Assembly: GCA_965217185.1 (NCBI GenBank)
Contig: OZ244252.1
Coordinates: 1,920,001 to 1,984,000 of the forward strand
From: an uncultured Candidatus Entotheonella sp.
GTDB taxonomy: Bacteria; Tectomicrobia; Entotheonellia; Entotheonellales; Entotheonellaceae
DNA length: 64,000 nucleotides
Reading direction: 5' to 3'
The notes beneath the pieces were generated by a model that was not told the DNA's origin, searched no databases, and saw nothing but the letters and a program-made list of their open reading frames with translations. Positions 8,872 through 18,397 of the stretch are shown here, piece after piece. How positions within the stretch are numbered: position 1 is the first letter of the stretch; every line of letters starts with the position of its first letter. Made by a program: the position numbers and the translations under genes.

Positions 8872-10842
8872 ATGCCAGTCGTCAAACTCGACATCACACA
8901 ACGCGAGCCGTTTGCCAACGGGGAATCCTTCGACCCGGCGGGGCCGTACGAATACCTGCGGGGCACAGCGCACTTCGCGGTGGACCCGCTGCACCCGCGC
9001 AACGCCGCCATAACCGACTTGGAGCTGGCCCCGCGCGAGGCGGATGGCACGGTGGCGTTCTCGGCGCAGTTCGCCATGCTGCAGCCGACAGATCCCGAGC
9101 GCGGCAACCGTCGGATGTTCTTCGACGTGATGAACCGCGGGCGCAAAACGGTTCTGCCGCGTTTTAACGACGCTCCGGACATTGTGGACCACAGCCTGCC
9201 GCCCAAGCCGGGAAACGGCTTTCTCATGCGCCGGGGGTACACGGTGGTATGGTGCGGCTGGCAGGCCGACGTGCCGCCGACGCCGGGACTGATGGGCCTG
9301 CAAGCGCCGGAAGCTCTCGGACCGCAAGGTTCGCTGCAAGGGCGAATCCTGTGCCAGTTTCAAGTCAACGAACTAACCTCGCAATTGCTGCTTTCCGATC
9401 GCGAACACACGCCGCACCCCGCTGCCGACGTCAACGAGGCCGAAGCACTTCTGCAGGTGCGCGACCACCCCAACGCGCCGGCCACCGAAATTCCACGCGC
9501 GGCGTGGTCGTTCGTTCGGATGGATGGTGACGCAGCGCCGAATTACGTGCACCTGCACGCCGGCTTCGAGCCGGGCCGCATCTACCAACTGGTGTACATG
9601 ACGCGCGGCAGCCGCATCGTCGGGCTCGGCTTCGCCGCGGTGCGCGACATCGCGTCGTTCCTCAAGCACGGCAGCGCGGGCGACGGCAACCCTTGCGCCG
9701 GTCGGCTGGACTACGCCTACGCCTTCGGGGCCTCGCAGAGCGGCCGGTTCCTGCGGCAAATGCTCTATCACGGCTTGGTGGAGGACGAGGCAGAGCGGCT
9801 GGCCCTCGATGGTGTCATCCCGCACGTAGCGGGCGCCATGCGTGGCGAGTTCAATCTGCGCTTTGGCCAGCCGTCGAAGGACGTCTGTTTCATCATCCCG
9901 GAGTTGTTTCCGTTCACCGACACGCCGCAGACCGATCCGCTCACGGGCCGCCGCGGGGCCTTGCTGGAAAAACCAGAGGTGCGCGGCAAGGTGCCCAAGG
10001 TCATGTTCACCAACACGTCGGCAGAGTACTGGCGCGGCGACGCGGCGCTCATCCACACCGATCTGGAAACGATGCGCGACCAGCCGGAATCGCCGTCGGT
10101 GCGGCGCTACCATTTTTCCGGTACGCACCACACCTCTGGGCTATTCCCCCTCGCCGGGTGGCGAACCGCCGACGGCATGCGCGGGCAATTGCCGTTCAAC
10201 ACGGTCGATTTCAACCCGCTCCTGCGCGCCGCCCTGATCAACCTCGACCGCTGGGCCAGCGAAGGGGTGCCGGCTCCCGCCAGCCGCCACCCGTCCCTGG
10301 ATGACGGCACCAGCGTGCCTTCCGACAGCCTCGAGACGGCCTTCGCCGGCCTGCCGGGCGTGCGCTTTCCACGCAAGGTGACGCGGGCCATGCGGCTCGA
10401 CTACGGCCCCGAAACCGAACATGGGCGCACCGTGCGCCTCCCGGCTGCTGAGGGAGAAACCTACCCGGCACTGGTTTCCGACGTGGACGCCGACGGCAAC
10501 GAACGGGCCGGGATTCGCCTGCCCGACGTCACCGTGCCGCTGGCCACCCACACCGGCTGGAACCTGCGCCACGAGGCCGTCGGCAACCCGGACCTGGTCA
10601 TCGGCATTACGGGGGGACTGGCCGGCTGGACCCTGCCGTTCGCCGCCACCCGCGACGACCGCGAGACGGGCGACCCGCGCCCGTCCATCGACGAGCGTTA
10701 TTCATCCCGCGAGGAATACCTGCACCGCGTACGAGCCGCCGCGCAGGAACTCATCGCCGCAGGTTATGTGCTGGCGGTGGATTTACCCCGCATTGTGGCT
10801 GCGGCGGGCGTACGATACGATGCCTTCAGGCATGGGAAGTGA
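8872..10842 (+). CDS. Alpha/beta hydrolase domain protein (large family of unknown function)
   Basis: GYTVVWCGWQ, GLGFAAVRD, nucleophile elbow GASQSG, SAEYW, DADGNERAGIRLP and SIDERY motifs. Confidence 0.85.
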   Translation: MPVVKLDITQREPFANGESFDPAGPYEYLRGTAHFAVDPLHPRNAAITDLELAPREADGTVAFSAQFAMLQPTDPERGNRRMFFDVMNRGRKTVLPRFNDAPDIVDHSLPPKPGNGFLMRRGYTVVWCGWQADVPPTPGLMGLQAPEALGPQGSLQGRILCQFQVNELTSQLLLSDREHTPHPAADVNEAEALLQVRDHPNAPATEIPRAAWSFVRMDGDAAPNYVHLHAGFEPGRIYQLVYMTRGSRIVGLGFAAVRDIASFLKHGSAGDGNPCAGRLDYAYAFGASQSGRFLRQMLYHGLVEDEAERLALDGVIPHVAGAMRGEFNLRFGQPSKDVCFIIPELFPFTDTPQTDPLTGRRGALLEKPEVRGKVPKVMFTNTSAEYWRGDAALIHTDLETMRDQPESPSVRRYHFSGTHHTSGLFPLAGWRTADGMRGQLPFNTVDFNPLLRAALINLDRWASEGVPAPASRHPSLDDGTSVPSDSLETAFAGLPGVRFPRKVTRAMRLDYGPETEHGRTVRLPAAEGETYPALVSDVDADGNERAGIRLPDVTVPLATHTGWNLRHEAVGNPDLVIGITGGLAGWTLPFAATRDDRETGDPRPSIDERYSSREEYLHRVRAAAQELIAAGYVLAVDLPRIVAAAGVRYDAFRHGK

Positions 10843-10912
10843 ATTGGCTGGACCTTGGTAGGTTCCTTGCACGGCGTGGGTCCGGGCTTTGGCAGGGATA
10901 ACCGTCAACAAC

Positions 10913-11079
10913 TTAGAGCGTTTTCGGTTCAAGACGACTTGCCATCCGACAACCGCCTCCCCCTCACCCCAACCCTCTCCCACCAGGGGAGAGGGGGTAA
11001 ACCAAGTTGCCGGTTTGTACCGATAGGGAGAGGGGGCGTAAGAGTCCATCCATTGTAATATGATTCGGAAATACTCTAG
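10913..11079. mobile_element. MITE-like element with TAGAG terminal inverted repeats
   Basis: ttagagcgttttcggttca ... tgattcggaaatactctag (imperfect IR), with an internal ccctcaccccaaccctctccc...ggggagagggg palindrome. Confidence 0.55.
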
Positions 11080-11095
11080 AGGCTGGGGGGAGGCT

Positions 11096-11323
11096 ATGAA
11101 AATGAGCACTGAATACACCGTCGTTATCGAGAAGGACGAGGACGGCTACTACGTAGGGAGTGTTCCCGCCCTTCCGGGTTGTCATACCCAAGGCACGTCA
11201 ATTGATCAGTTGCTCGAACGGATGCAGGAGGCAATCGCCCTGTGGCTTGAGGTTGAGGGCGAAGACGCGCCAAAACCGCTTGAATGGGTCGACCACTCGA
11301 CAAACTTCCTTAGGAGGTCGTAA
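11096..11323 (+). CDS. HicB-like antitoxin (short, orphan)
   Basis: YTVVIEKDEDGYYVGSVPALPGCHTQG...EAIALWLE signature; GGGAGG RBS. Confidence 0.85.
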   Translation: MKMSTEYTVVIEKDEDGYYVGSVPALPGCHTQGTSIDQLLERMQEAIALWLEVEGEDAPKPLEWVDHSTNFLRRS

Positions 11324-11326
11324 GAA

Positions 11327-11914
11327 ATGACTGCTACAGCTTCCACGAACGCAGCCACCACCCTTGTGCAGGATGCCAGTCGGTTCAACGATCAGTTTGG
11401 CGAGATGAGCCCGCGGGCCAAGGACAAGGTCAAGGGCGAGATGTCGGAATTCGTGCAGGCGTTCATCGCTGCTTCGCCCTTCGTGGTGATAGCCACGGCG
11501 GACCCGGACGGCAATTGCGATGCCTCGCCGAAGGGCGGCAAACCCGGATTCGTCAAGGTGATTGACAGCAGGCGCCTGTTGCTGCCCGACGTTGCCGGCA
11601 ACCGGTTGTTCCAGTCCTACCAGAACATGGACGACAACCCCCACGTCGGCCTGCTGTTCATGATTCCTGGCCTTAACGATACGGTGCGTATCAACGGCAC
11701 CATAACCATCGTGGACCGCGAGGAGCTGGAGCGGCAGAAAGTGGCGTTGTCCCTTTATTGGACCGACGACAACGCCAAGCACCTGCAGGGCGTCATCATC
11801 AACGTGGAAGAGTCCTACACCCACTGCCCGCGGGCCTACAACTTCGCCAAGCTGTGGGACACGGAGCAGATTACGACGAACCGGAGCAGCCGGCCTATAC
11901 CGCTCGCGTCGTAA
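11327..11914 (+). CDS. Pyridoxamine 5'-phosphate oxidase-like FMN-binding protein
   Basis: FIAASPFVVIAT, CDASPKGG, PDVAGN, VGLLFMIPG and YTHCPRA motifs. Confidence 0.85.
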   Translation: MTATASTNAATTLVQDASRFNDQFGEMSPRAKDKVKGEMSEFVQAFIAASPFVVIATADPDGNCDASPKGGKPGFVKVIDSRRLLLPDVAGNRLFQSYQNMDDNPHVGLLFMIPGLNDTVRINGTITIVDREELERQKVALSLYWTDDNAKHLQGVIINVEESYTHCPRAYNFAKLWDTEQITTNRSSRPIPLAS

Positions 11915-12058
11915 ATCGCTGGCTTCACCCTGCCCGCGACACGAACCCTCTTCAAATTTGGAGAGGGTCTTCTCATCGTTTCAACTCTCCCAAGAGGTCG
12001 AACCGCCCGGCGCTACAGCGGCTCGGCTTCCCCTTTTAGTCATCCATTCTGGCACACG

Positions 12059-12262
12059 TCAGGCACGCTTCAGAGTGTCCGGCTTGAACGAGGCTCGGCG
12101 GGCGGGATAGCGGACGTATTCGCGGCCGGAAGCTTTCTGCCGGGCCCGAATGTCTCTGAAAATTGCTTCCACATCGTAATCGAACCGGGCTGCGTGCTGG
12201 TCTCGTACGGCCCGTAGTTCGGCGATGATCGGGTCAGTCTGCGTCGCATGTCCCTCATCCAT
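12059..12262 (-). CDS. Small hypothetical protein, antitoxin-like (67 aa)
   Basis: DPIIAELRAVRDQHAARFDYDVEAIFRDIR resembles small proteins usually found beside PIN toxins. Its ATG overlaps the end of the upstream R-M gene. Confidence 0.6.
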   Translation of the reverse strand: MDEGHATQTDPIIAELRAVRDQHAARFDYDVEAIFRDIRARQKASGREYVRYPARRASFKPDTLKRA

Positions 12263-15200
12263 CAGAAGACGCTCCCGACAATGGGCCAACCGGCCGCGCG
12301 GTCGTCCAAAGAATCGCGGCGATCCGCCGGGCCGTGTCGCTGACGTGCTGGACTTCGCCGGGCTTGAGCGGGCGGTCGAGGATGGCGCGCTCGCGGTACG
12401 ACAGCCACTTCTTGAGCACTTGGTAGCCGCCGAGCCGATAATCCCAGACGGCGGCCGGAACGTTGCGCCAGAAGGCGCGGGCGTTGAGATACACGTCGAA
12501 CGTGGTTTCGCCAAGCGACGGCATGACATCGCCCATCGCCGCGCGTTCTGCCGGGGTGAAAGCCCGCTCCACGACACGACCCTGCCCAGGCATCACCGCA
12601 TCGCCCGCACCGAAATGCCCCCACCCCGCGGTCACCGCGAAATCCTCGCCAGACATATTGCGCCCGTCCGTCGTGGCTGGCACGGCGATGGCGGCAATCT
12701 CCGGGCGCAGCGGCGCTTGCGTGACGCCCGGAACCGGCGTGTCGGGATCAAGGAGAGCCGCGAGTTCGCGTCCGCGCGCGGCGGATTCGACGAGTGCCGC
12801 CGCCGCGCCTTTGGCCCCGCCGTCCGGCCAACCTGGGAGAGGGATGCGCGCCCCCTCAGCTCGTAGCGCATCAGCGTTGAGCTCGTTGTAGGCGAGATCG
12901 TGGAGCACGGCAATGACGTGGCAGAACAGGTCCTCAACACCCTCGCCCAGACGATTGAGATAGCGTTGCGCTGCTCCCGAAAGATTGGGACGGCGACTTG
13001 CTTCCCTGCCGTTGGCTCCGAAACCATCATCGGTTAACTGCACCGGGACACAATAAACACCGCTGTTCATCTGATTCAGGTCACCGATATTCGAAATAAC
13101 CAGCGGGGGCGACAAGTCGGGTCGTGCCTTGTTCTGTAAAACCAGCCACAGATTCCCCTCGCACACGTGCGGCCGATAATCGGCACGTTTCTCGTCCAGC
13201 AGCTTCGTTTCCGCCTCCCAATAGAGCCACCGGTTGTCGAACGGCCGGTAAGCGAAGCGTATGAAACCAGCCTCGTCCGGCCCACCGCGCTTCAACAGGG
13301 CGTCGCGCACCGCGCGGGCATCGAACCGCGCCGTGGTTTTCATCACCCCCGGATAGCGCCGCGCAATTTCCTCATGGCTCAAGCCCACGTCGAAGTAATC
13401 GGCGACGCGCGCCCGGAGCCGGTCCAAGTCAACGTCGACGAGAAACCCGTCACGGCTGGTCTTAACGCCGGGAAACGACACCGGAAACAGATCGGGCAGT
13501 GACGGCCAATCGAACCACGAAGCGCTCACCGCGGTTTGCACGAACGGAAGGCCAAGGGGCAGGACGGGCTTGACCTCTTGATAGAGCGCGACCGGTTCCG
13601 CCTCAGCCGTTGCGATTAACTCCGCCGGCTTGGCCTGACCCCACAGGTGCCGGAAGCCGACCGCCTCCACAGGCGCGTGGTCGGCCTTGCGCACCAGCGT
13701 CGTGATGGCGGTGCCGACCTGAATGCCAACCGGATCGCCTGCCGCCGAGAAAATGCTCGGGTCCGGCGAGCCGTCCGGCGCCACCTTGCCGGTCTTGTAC
13801 TTGTCGCCGTTCAGGCAGTCGATGCGGATGGCGTCGAACGCCTCCAGATAGCGCTCCCGCATGCCCGTGAACGACAGCCCGTCGAGCCACGAATAGTTGG
13901 AGATGAAGCAGACCACGCCTTGGCCGGTCTTGTCGGCGATGCGCCGTTCCGCCATGCGGAAGAACCGGACGTAGAGGTCGTTCAGCCCCTGCCCTTCGGG
14001 GCGGCGTACGCGCTTCGTCGAGCGGTAGGCTTCCGACAGTTCCCGTTCTTCGTCCACCGCCATGCCGGCGAAGCCGTTGTAGGGCGGGTTGCCGATGATG
14101 ACGAGGACGGGCGTTTCCTGTTTGACGCGCTCCGCCCGGTCACGTTCTTCCTCCAATTCGGGAAACGGCAACGGCTTGGTCGTCCTCGGTTCCCAGCCGG
14201 TGAGGGCATTGGTGAGGAACACGCCGGCGCGTTCGGTTTCGTCGTCCGCCAGCGGTGCGCCGAGGTCCTGCAGGGCCAAGCCGATTTGAAGATGGGCGAC
14301 GACGAACGGCGCCGGCATGATCTCGAAGCCGAACACCCGTTGCGTCGCCGCCTGTTTCACCCGCGCGCCGGTGAGGGCGCCGAGGCCCTGTCCTTCGAGG
14401 TTGGCGGCGATGCGGCGCAGCACTTCGGCCAGATACGCGCCGGTGCCGCAGCACGGGTCGAGCACGTAGACGTTTTCCGCGGCGAGACCGTCCGGGATGC
14501 CAAGATCGTCCTTCAGCGCCTTGTCCACGCGGGCGACCATGTAGCGAACCACTTCGGTTGGCGTGTACCAGACGCCGAGTTGCTTGCGCAGGTCGGGATC
14601 GAAGGCTTCGAGGAAGGGTTCGTAGAAGTAAGGCACCGCCTCGCCCTCCTGGAAGCGGGCAAAGAAGGCGGGGCGATCCACCCGGTCGAGCGCTGCCGCG
14701 GTCCAGTCCAGCACCTCGACGAGGCCGAGCGGTTGCAGGCGGCCGGGATCGGAAAGCTGCTGGAACAACGCCCGCAACACGGGCGCGCGCAGATGCCAGA
14801 CCGCGGTGCGCCAGTCGAATACACCGGTCGGCGGCGGGGCTTGGCGCGCCCACAGCACCCAGGCGGAGAAAACGCCGTAAAACAGGGTCTGCACCAGGGT
14901 TGAATGGAAGAAGTGCGCGCCGCGCTCTCCCTCAAACCGGACGCCGAGCGCCTCTTCCAAGGCGGAGCGCACTGCCTTGAGCGACGGGGCGTCGTCGGCT
15001 GCCTCGACACGAGCGAGGCCGTCGCGGGCGTAGGACGCGAGCAGCCACGCCAGGTCCTTCGGCTCGGCCAGCGCCGCCCGGTGCGATAAGGCGCGGGCGA
15101 GATATTCGCCCAGTCCGGCGCCCACGTCACGGGCGAAGGTACGCGGCTTCTCCAGTTTGCGGCGGAAGTCGTCCGCGTTGTCGGCCAGCCGGAAAGTTTC

Positions 15201-15632
15201 GAGCTTCGCGGGGCGGCCTGCCTGGTTTTCACCCACCAACACGAAATCGCGTGTGTTCGTCACCAGAACCAGCCGGTAGCGGTTCCAGTAGCGGCTGACC
15301 TGATCGGAGTCCGCCGTGAGCCAGGCATCGTCATCGGCGGTCTTCACCTCGACCACGCCGCGCTCCGGCGTCTGGCCCTCGCGCGGCCGGCCTTTCTGCC
15401 CCTGCCTTGCCGTGTAGAGGCCGAAGTCGGGATGCCCGGCGCCTTGATCGGCAAGCTCGCCGACGCAGAACACCTTGGGCTTGAGCGCCGCGCCAATGGC
15501 GTCCAACAGATTGGCGAGCGGCCCGTAGCTCGACCGTTCCCCAGTCGCACCGCCTGATGCGCGCACCCGTCCAAGATCGGCGAAGTACGCCTCGACGGCC
15601 GCCGTCAGTTTTGTGTTCGTTGCCATCATCAT
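12255..15632 (-). CDS. Single-chain restriction-modification enzyme (N6-adenine MTase with type ISP-like C-terminal specificity domain; no helicase)
   Basis: HPDFGLY...VVEVK nuclease-like motif, YFYEPFL, GVWYTP, VLDPCCGTG (SAM binding), GNPPY, YRPFD and YQVLKKWLSYR motifs. Confidence 0.88.
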   Translation of the reverse strand: MMMATNTKLTAAVEAYFADLGRVRASGGATGERSSYGPLANLLDAIGAALKPKVFCVGELADQGAGHPDFGLYTARQGQKGRPREGQTPERGVVEVKTADDDAWLTADSDQVSRYWNRYRLVLVTNTRDFVLVGENQAGRPAKLETFRLADNADDFRRKLEKPRTFARDVGAGLGEYLARALSHRAALAEPKDLAWLLASYARDGLARVEAADDAPSLKAVRSALEEALGVRFEGERGAHFFHSTLVQTLFYGVFSAWVLWARQAPPPTGVFDWRTAVWHLRAPVLRALFQQLSDPGRLQPLGLVEVLDWTAAALDRVDRPAFFARFQEGEAVPYFYEPFLEAFDPDLRKQLGVWYTPTEVVRYMVARVDKALKDDLGIPDGLAAENVYVLDPCCGTGAYLAEVLRRIAANLEGQGLGALTGARVKQAATQRVFGFEIMPAPFVVAHLQIGLALQDLGAPLADDETERAGVFLTNALTGWEPRTTKPLPFPELEEERDRAERVKQETPVLVIIGNPPYNGFAGMAVDEERELSEAYRSTKRVRRPEGQGLNDLYVRFFRMAERRIADKTGQGVVCFISNYSWLDGLSFTGMRERYLEAFDAIRIDCLNGDKYKTGKVAPDGSPDPSIFSAAGDPVGIQVGTAITTLVRKADHAPVEAVGFRHLWGQAKPAELIATAEAEPVALYQEVKPVLPLGLPFVQTAVSASWFDWPSLPDLFPVSFPGVKTSRDGFLVDVDLDRLRARVADYFDVGLSHEEIARRYPGVMKTTARFDARAVRDALLKRGGPDEAGFIRFAYRPFDNRWLYWEAETKLLDEKRADYRPHVCEGNLWLVLQNKARPDLSPPLVISNIGDLNQMNSGVYCVPVQLTDDGFGANGREASRRPNLSGAAQRYLNRLGEGVEDLFCHVIAVLHDLAYNELNADALRAEGARIPLPGWPDGGAKGAAAALVESAARGRELAALLDPDTPVPGVTQAPLRPEIAAIAVPATTDGRNMSGEDFAVTAGWGHFGAGDAVMPGQGRVVERAFTPAERAAMGDVMPSLGETTFDVYLNARAFWRNVPAAVWDYRLGGYQVLKKWLSYRERAILDRPLKPGEVQHVSDTARRIAAILWTTARPVGPLSGASSDG

Positions 15633-15885
15633 TCCTGTGGCCCGGAAGGTATCGGGGATTGCTGGCCGACCGTTGCGGGATGCAACATTGTTGCAAATCA
15701 GCACACTCGCCAAATTTCCCCGCAGATCACGTCATAAGCGACGCGATTTCAGAGAATTAGCCGCCTCCCCTTCCCTTCGGCCTCTTTCGGGCCGTTGCAT
15801 TCTGCATCAGCTCGACATCCCTTATCCCCACGTATCCATGATCTGACGTTCTTTCGTTCAAAGGACTTATTCGTTTGCCAGGGAC

Positions 15886-15902
15886 TTGGCACGGTTTGTG
15901 CG
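15886..15902 (+). promoter_or_regulatory. Possible sigma-54 promoter (-24/-12)
   Basis: TTGGCACGGTTTGTGCG has exact GG-N10-GC spacing and a TGGCACG core. No convincing downstream gene. Confidence 0.4.
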
Positions 15903-15979
15903 TCTGTAATGGAACCGCTTGGTCGGCACCAAGCCGGTCGAGCTATACGACGGTCGGAGCCAACTCCGACAGCAGAAGT

Positions 15980-16231
15980 CTGTATGGAATAGCAGAATGA
16001 CGAATGACCCATCCTGCCTGAACGAACGGCTTGGGAATTGAGCCACCCCCATCCGTGGAGGACGAACGGGAACATGGTCCACCCCTCCCTTTCATGCCGT
16101 CGCCACTTGCCGCGTCCTGCTTCCGGCAGCGGCATGGAATTGGCCACGTTACCCGGAAGGCCGTCGCATCGTCCTTCCCGCCATTGCCTCGCCTTATTTC
16201 GTCACGCCCCCTTCATTCAGGTTCCATACAG
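15980..16231. mobile_element. Possible MITE or IS remnant
   Basis: Terminal 10-bp perfect inverted repeat CTGTATGGAA / TTCCATACAG with a nearby GAATGA/TCATTC match; non-coding interior. Confidence 0.4.
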
Positions 16232-16255
16232 GCTGACTGCTGGCTTCGCGGCAAA

Positions 16256-16285
16256 TGCGGATTGCGCTTCACTAATCCGACCTAC
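16256..16285 (-). repeat. GTAG-type REP palindrome, copy 2 (degenerate)
   Basis: Minus strand GTAGGTCGGATTAGTGAAGCGCAATCCGC. Confidence 0.7.
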
Positions 16286-16476
16286 AACTGACACCCGTGT
16301 CCGGGCGCGTAATGGCGGTGGCGCCGTCCTTAAACGGCAGCGCAGTTATTGCGGGAGGAAGGCACTGCTGGGTGGGGAACATTAGGATTGACGGGGGAAG
16401 GAAGCACCTGCAAAGGCCGCCATCGGCGATGACGGCCTTCGGTTGGCTGTGGGCGTAGCTGTCGGTCGGAACCAGG

Positions 16477-17355
16477 CTACAGGGCGGTGCCGACCGTGGC
16501 GAACGAATCGCGCCCGCGGGCATAAGAGCGAATGTTCTGCCCCGCGTTGCGGTTGACAAACTCGCGGCCCCACATGGGGTGGCGCATGCTGCGCACTTCA
16601 TGCTCAAGGGTGAACAGGACCTTGCCGGTGTCGGGATGCACGATGTCCTGGAAACGGTACTGGCAATTGTCGCTTTCTTCGGTGATCAGGCCGTGCTCGT
16701 CCAGAAAGGCGTGCGGGCCGGAGAAATTAGCCACATAAACGGCGATGTGATGGCCGTCGTAGGCCGGAATGGCTTTCCGGGTTTCGCGGAAAACCAGCTT
16801 CTGCTCACAGCCGACGAGCACTTCGACGACGGCGCCGTTGGTGTCTTCCGACAGCGTGTAGGACGCCTGCATGATGGTCTTGTAAAACTGTCCGATGCCT
16901 GCCGCCGTGCCCCGCTTGACCGGAAACTCGACGTACGGAATGCCCAGGCTCATCTCACCGAATTCTTCTTGGTCCGGCGCGTGGCAGCGAAACTGGTTGC
17001 CCCACGGCCCGGTGACGTTGACGTGGCCGTTTTCTTCGGCGCAGGTGAAATGCGTGTCCGACATCTGCTCCTGCAGCGCCGTGAGGCGCATCTTGAGGGC
17101 CTCGAGATCGGGCACTACCAATCCGATGACGCCCCGCAGCACTTGCGGCTCGCGGGTTGGCAGGTGGAACTGCTGCTGCCCGACGTTTATCCACATGTTT
17201 TCGGCACTCACCATCATGTAGGGGTCACGGGTAAAGCCCAGGCCGGTAACGTAAAACTGCGTGGCCGTCACCTGGTCGGGGGCCGTCACGTTGACGTGCT
17301 CCATGGCCAGGATGTTGCCAACGTCTTGCGATGCACGGTCGAATATCTTCTTCAT
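16477..17355 (-). CDS. Glyoxalase/VOC-like protein
   Basis: MEHVNV, FYVTGLG, QQFHLP and GHHIAVYV motifs of a tandem VOC fold. Confidence 0.7.
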   Translation of the reverse strand: MKKIFDRASQDVGNILAMEHVNVTAPDQVTATQFYVTGLGFTRDPYMMVSAENMWINVGQQQFHLPTREPQVLRGVIGLVVPDLEALKMRLTALQEQMSDTHFTCAEENGHVNVTGPWGNQFRCHAPDQEEFGEMSLGIPYVEFPVKRGTAAGIGQFYKTIMQASYTLSEDTNGAVVEVLVGCEQKLVFRETRKAIPAYDGHHIAVYVANFSGPHAFLDEHGLITEESDNCQYRFQDIVHPDTGKVLFTLEHEVRSMRHPMWGREFVNRNAGQNIRSYARGRDSFATVGTAL

Positions 17356-17414
17356 GGGAACCAGTCTCCTCAACATAAGCAGGAAAGGGTTTGATACCAA
17401 GGAAACGCGGCGGA

Positions 17415-18353
17415 TTATAGCACAGGCGCCTCAACCGACGGTTCCGGCGCGGGCAGCGGCTTGCCCAGCACGTGCCGCAGGGCTTCCTCAAACTCCGGAT
17501 AGCGGAACGTATAGCCCGAGGCATTGAGCTTGCCGGGCGCCACGCGCGTGCTGGCGAGCAGCAGAGCGTCGGCCATCTCACCGAACATCAGACGGACGGC
17601 AAAAGCCGGCACGGCGAACCGCGTCGGGCGCCGCAACACCCGGCCTAATGTCTTCGTAAAATCACGATTGCTGACCGGCTCAGGCGCCACCAGGTTGACG
17701 GCGCCGTGCAGGGATTCGGTCGTCAACACGTGGGAAATGGCACCCACGACGTCGTCCAGGGCAATCCAGCTCATGAACTGGGCGCCGCCGCCTAGCACGC
17801 CGCCGAGGCCGAGTCGGAACGGCGGCAGCATCTGGGCCAAGGCGCCGCCGGTAGAACTCAACACCACGCCCAAGCGCAGCGACACGACCCGGATGCCGCG
17901 TTCCGCTGCCGGCGCCGCGGCCGCTTCCCAATCGACGCAGACACGCGCCAGAAAGTCTTCCCCGGCGCGGCTCTCCTCCAACAGCAGGCGCTCGCCACGA
18001 TTGCCGTAATAGCCGATGGCCGAGGCGCACACGAAGGTTTTGGGCGGCTTGACGACCTGCCGCAGCGCCTCGCAGAGGATCTGGGTGCCGCGCACCCGGC
18101 TCTCATAGATGCGCCGCTTCTTGTCCGCCGTCCAGCGCCCGACAATGCTCTCACCCGCCAGATGCACGATGGCATCGACGCCTTCCAGAACCTGCGGGGG
18201 CATGCGCCCGGCCTCCGGTTCCCAGGCCACTTCTCCCCATCCCGGACGCGCCCGCCCGCGAACCAGCCGGGTTATCCGGTGCCCCGCCGCCTCAAGTTCA
18301 GGCGTCAAAGCCGAACCGATCAGTCCGCTTGTTCCGCTTACGAGTATATGCAT
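17415..18353 (-). CDS. TIGR01777-type NAD-dependent epimerase/oxidoreductase
   Basis: ILVSGTSGLIG, HLAGESI, ASAIGYYG, LRLGVVL and MSWIALDD motifs. Confidence 0.9.
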   Translation of the reverse strand: MHILVSGTSGLIGSALTPELEAAGHRITRLVRGRARPGWGEVAWEPEAGRMPPQVLEGVDAIVHLAGESIVGRWTADKKRRIYESRVRGTQILCEALRQVVKPPKTFVCASAIGYYGNRGERLLLEESRAGEDFLARVCVDWEAAAAPAAERGIRVVSLRLGVVLSSTGGALAQMLPPFRLGLGGVLGGGAQFMSWIALDDVVGAISHVLTTESLHGAVNLVAPEPVSNRDFTKTLGRVLRRPTRFAVPAFAVRLMFGEMADALLLASTRVAPGKLNASGYTFRYPEFEEALRHVLGKPLPAPEPSVEAPVL

Positions 18354-18397
18354 GGCCTTCTCCAGTAGGCGTGCCAGACCTGGCCTCAAGCCCAAGC

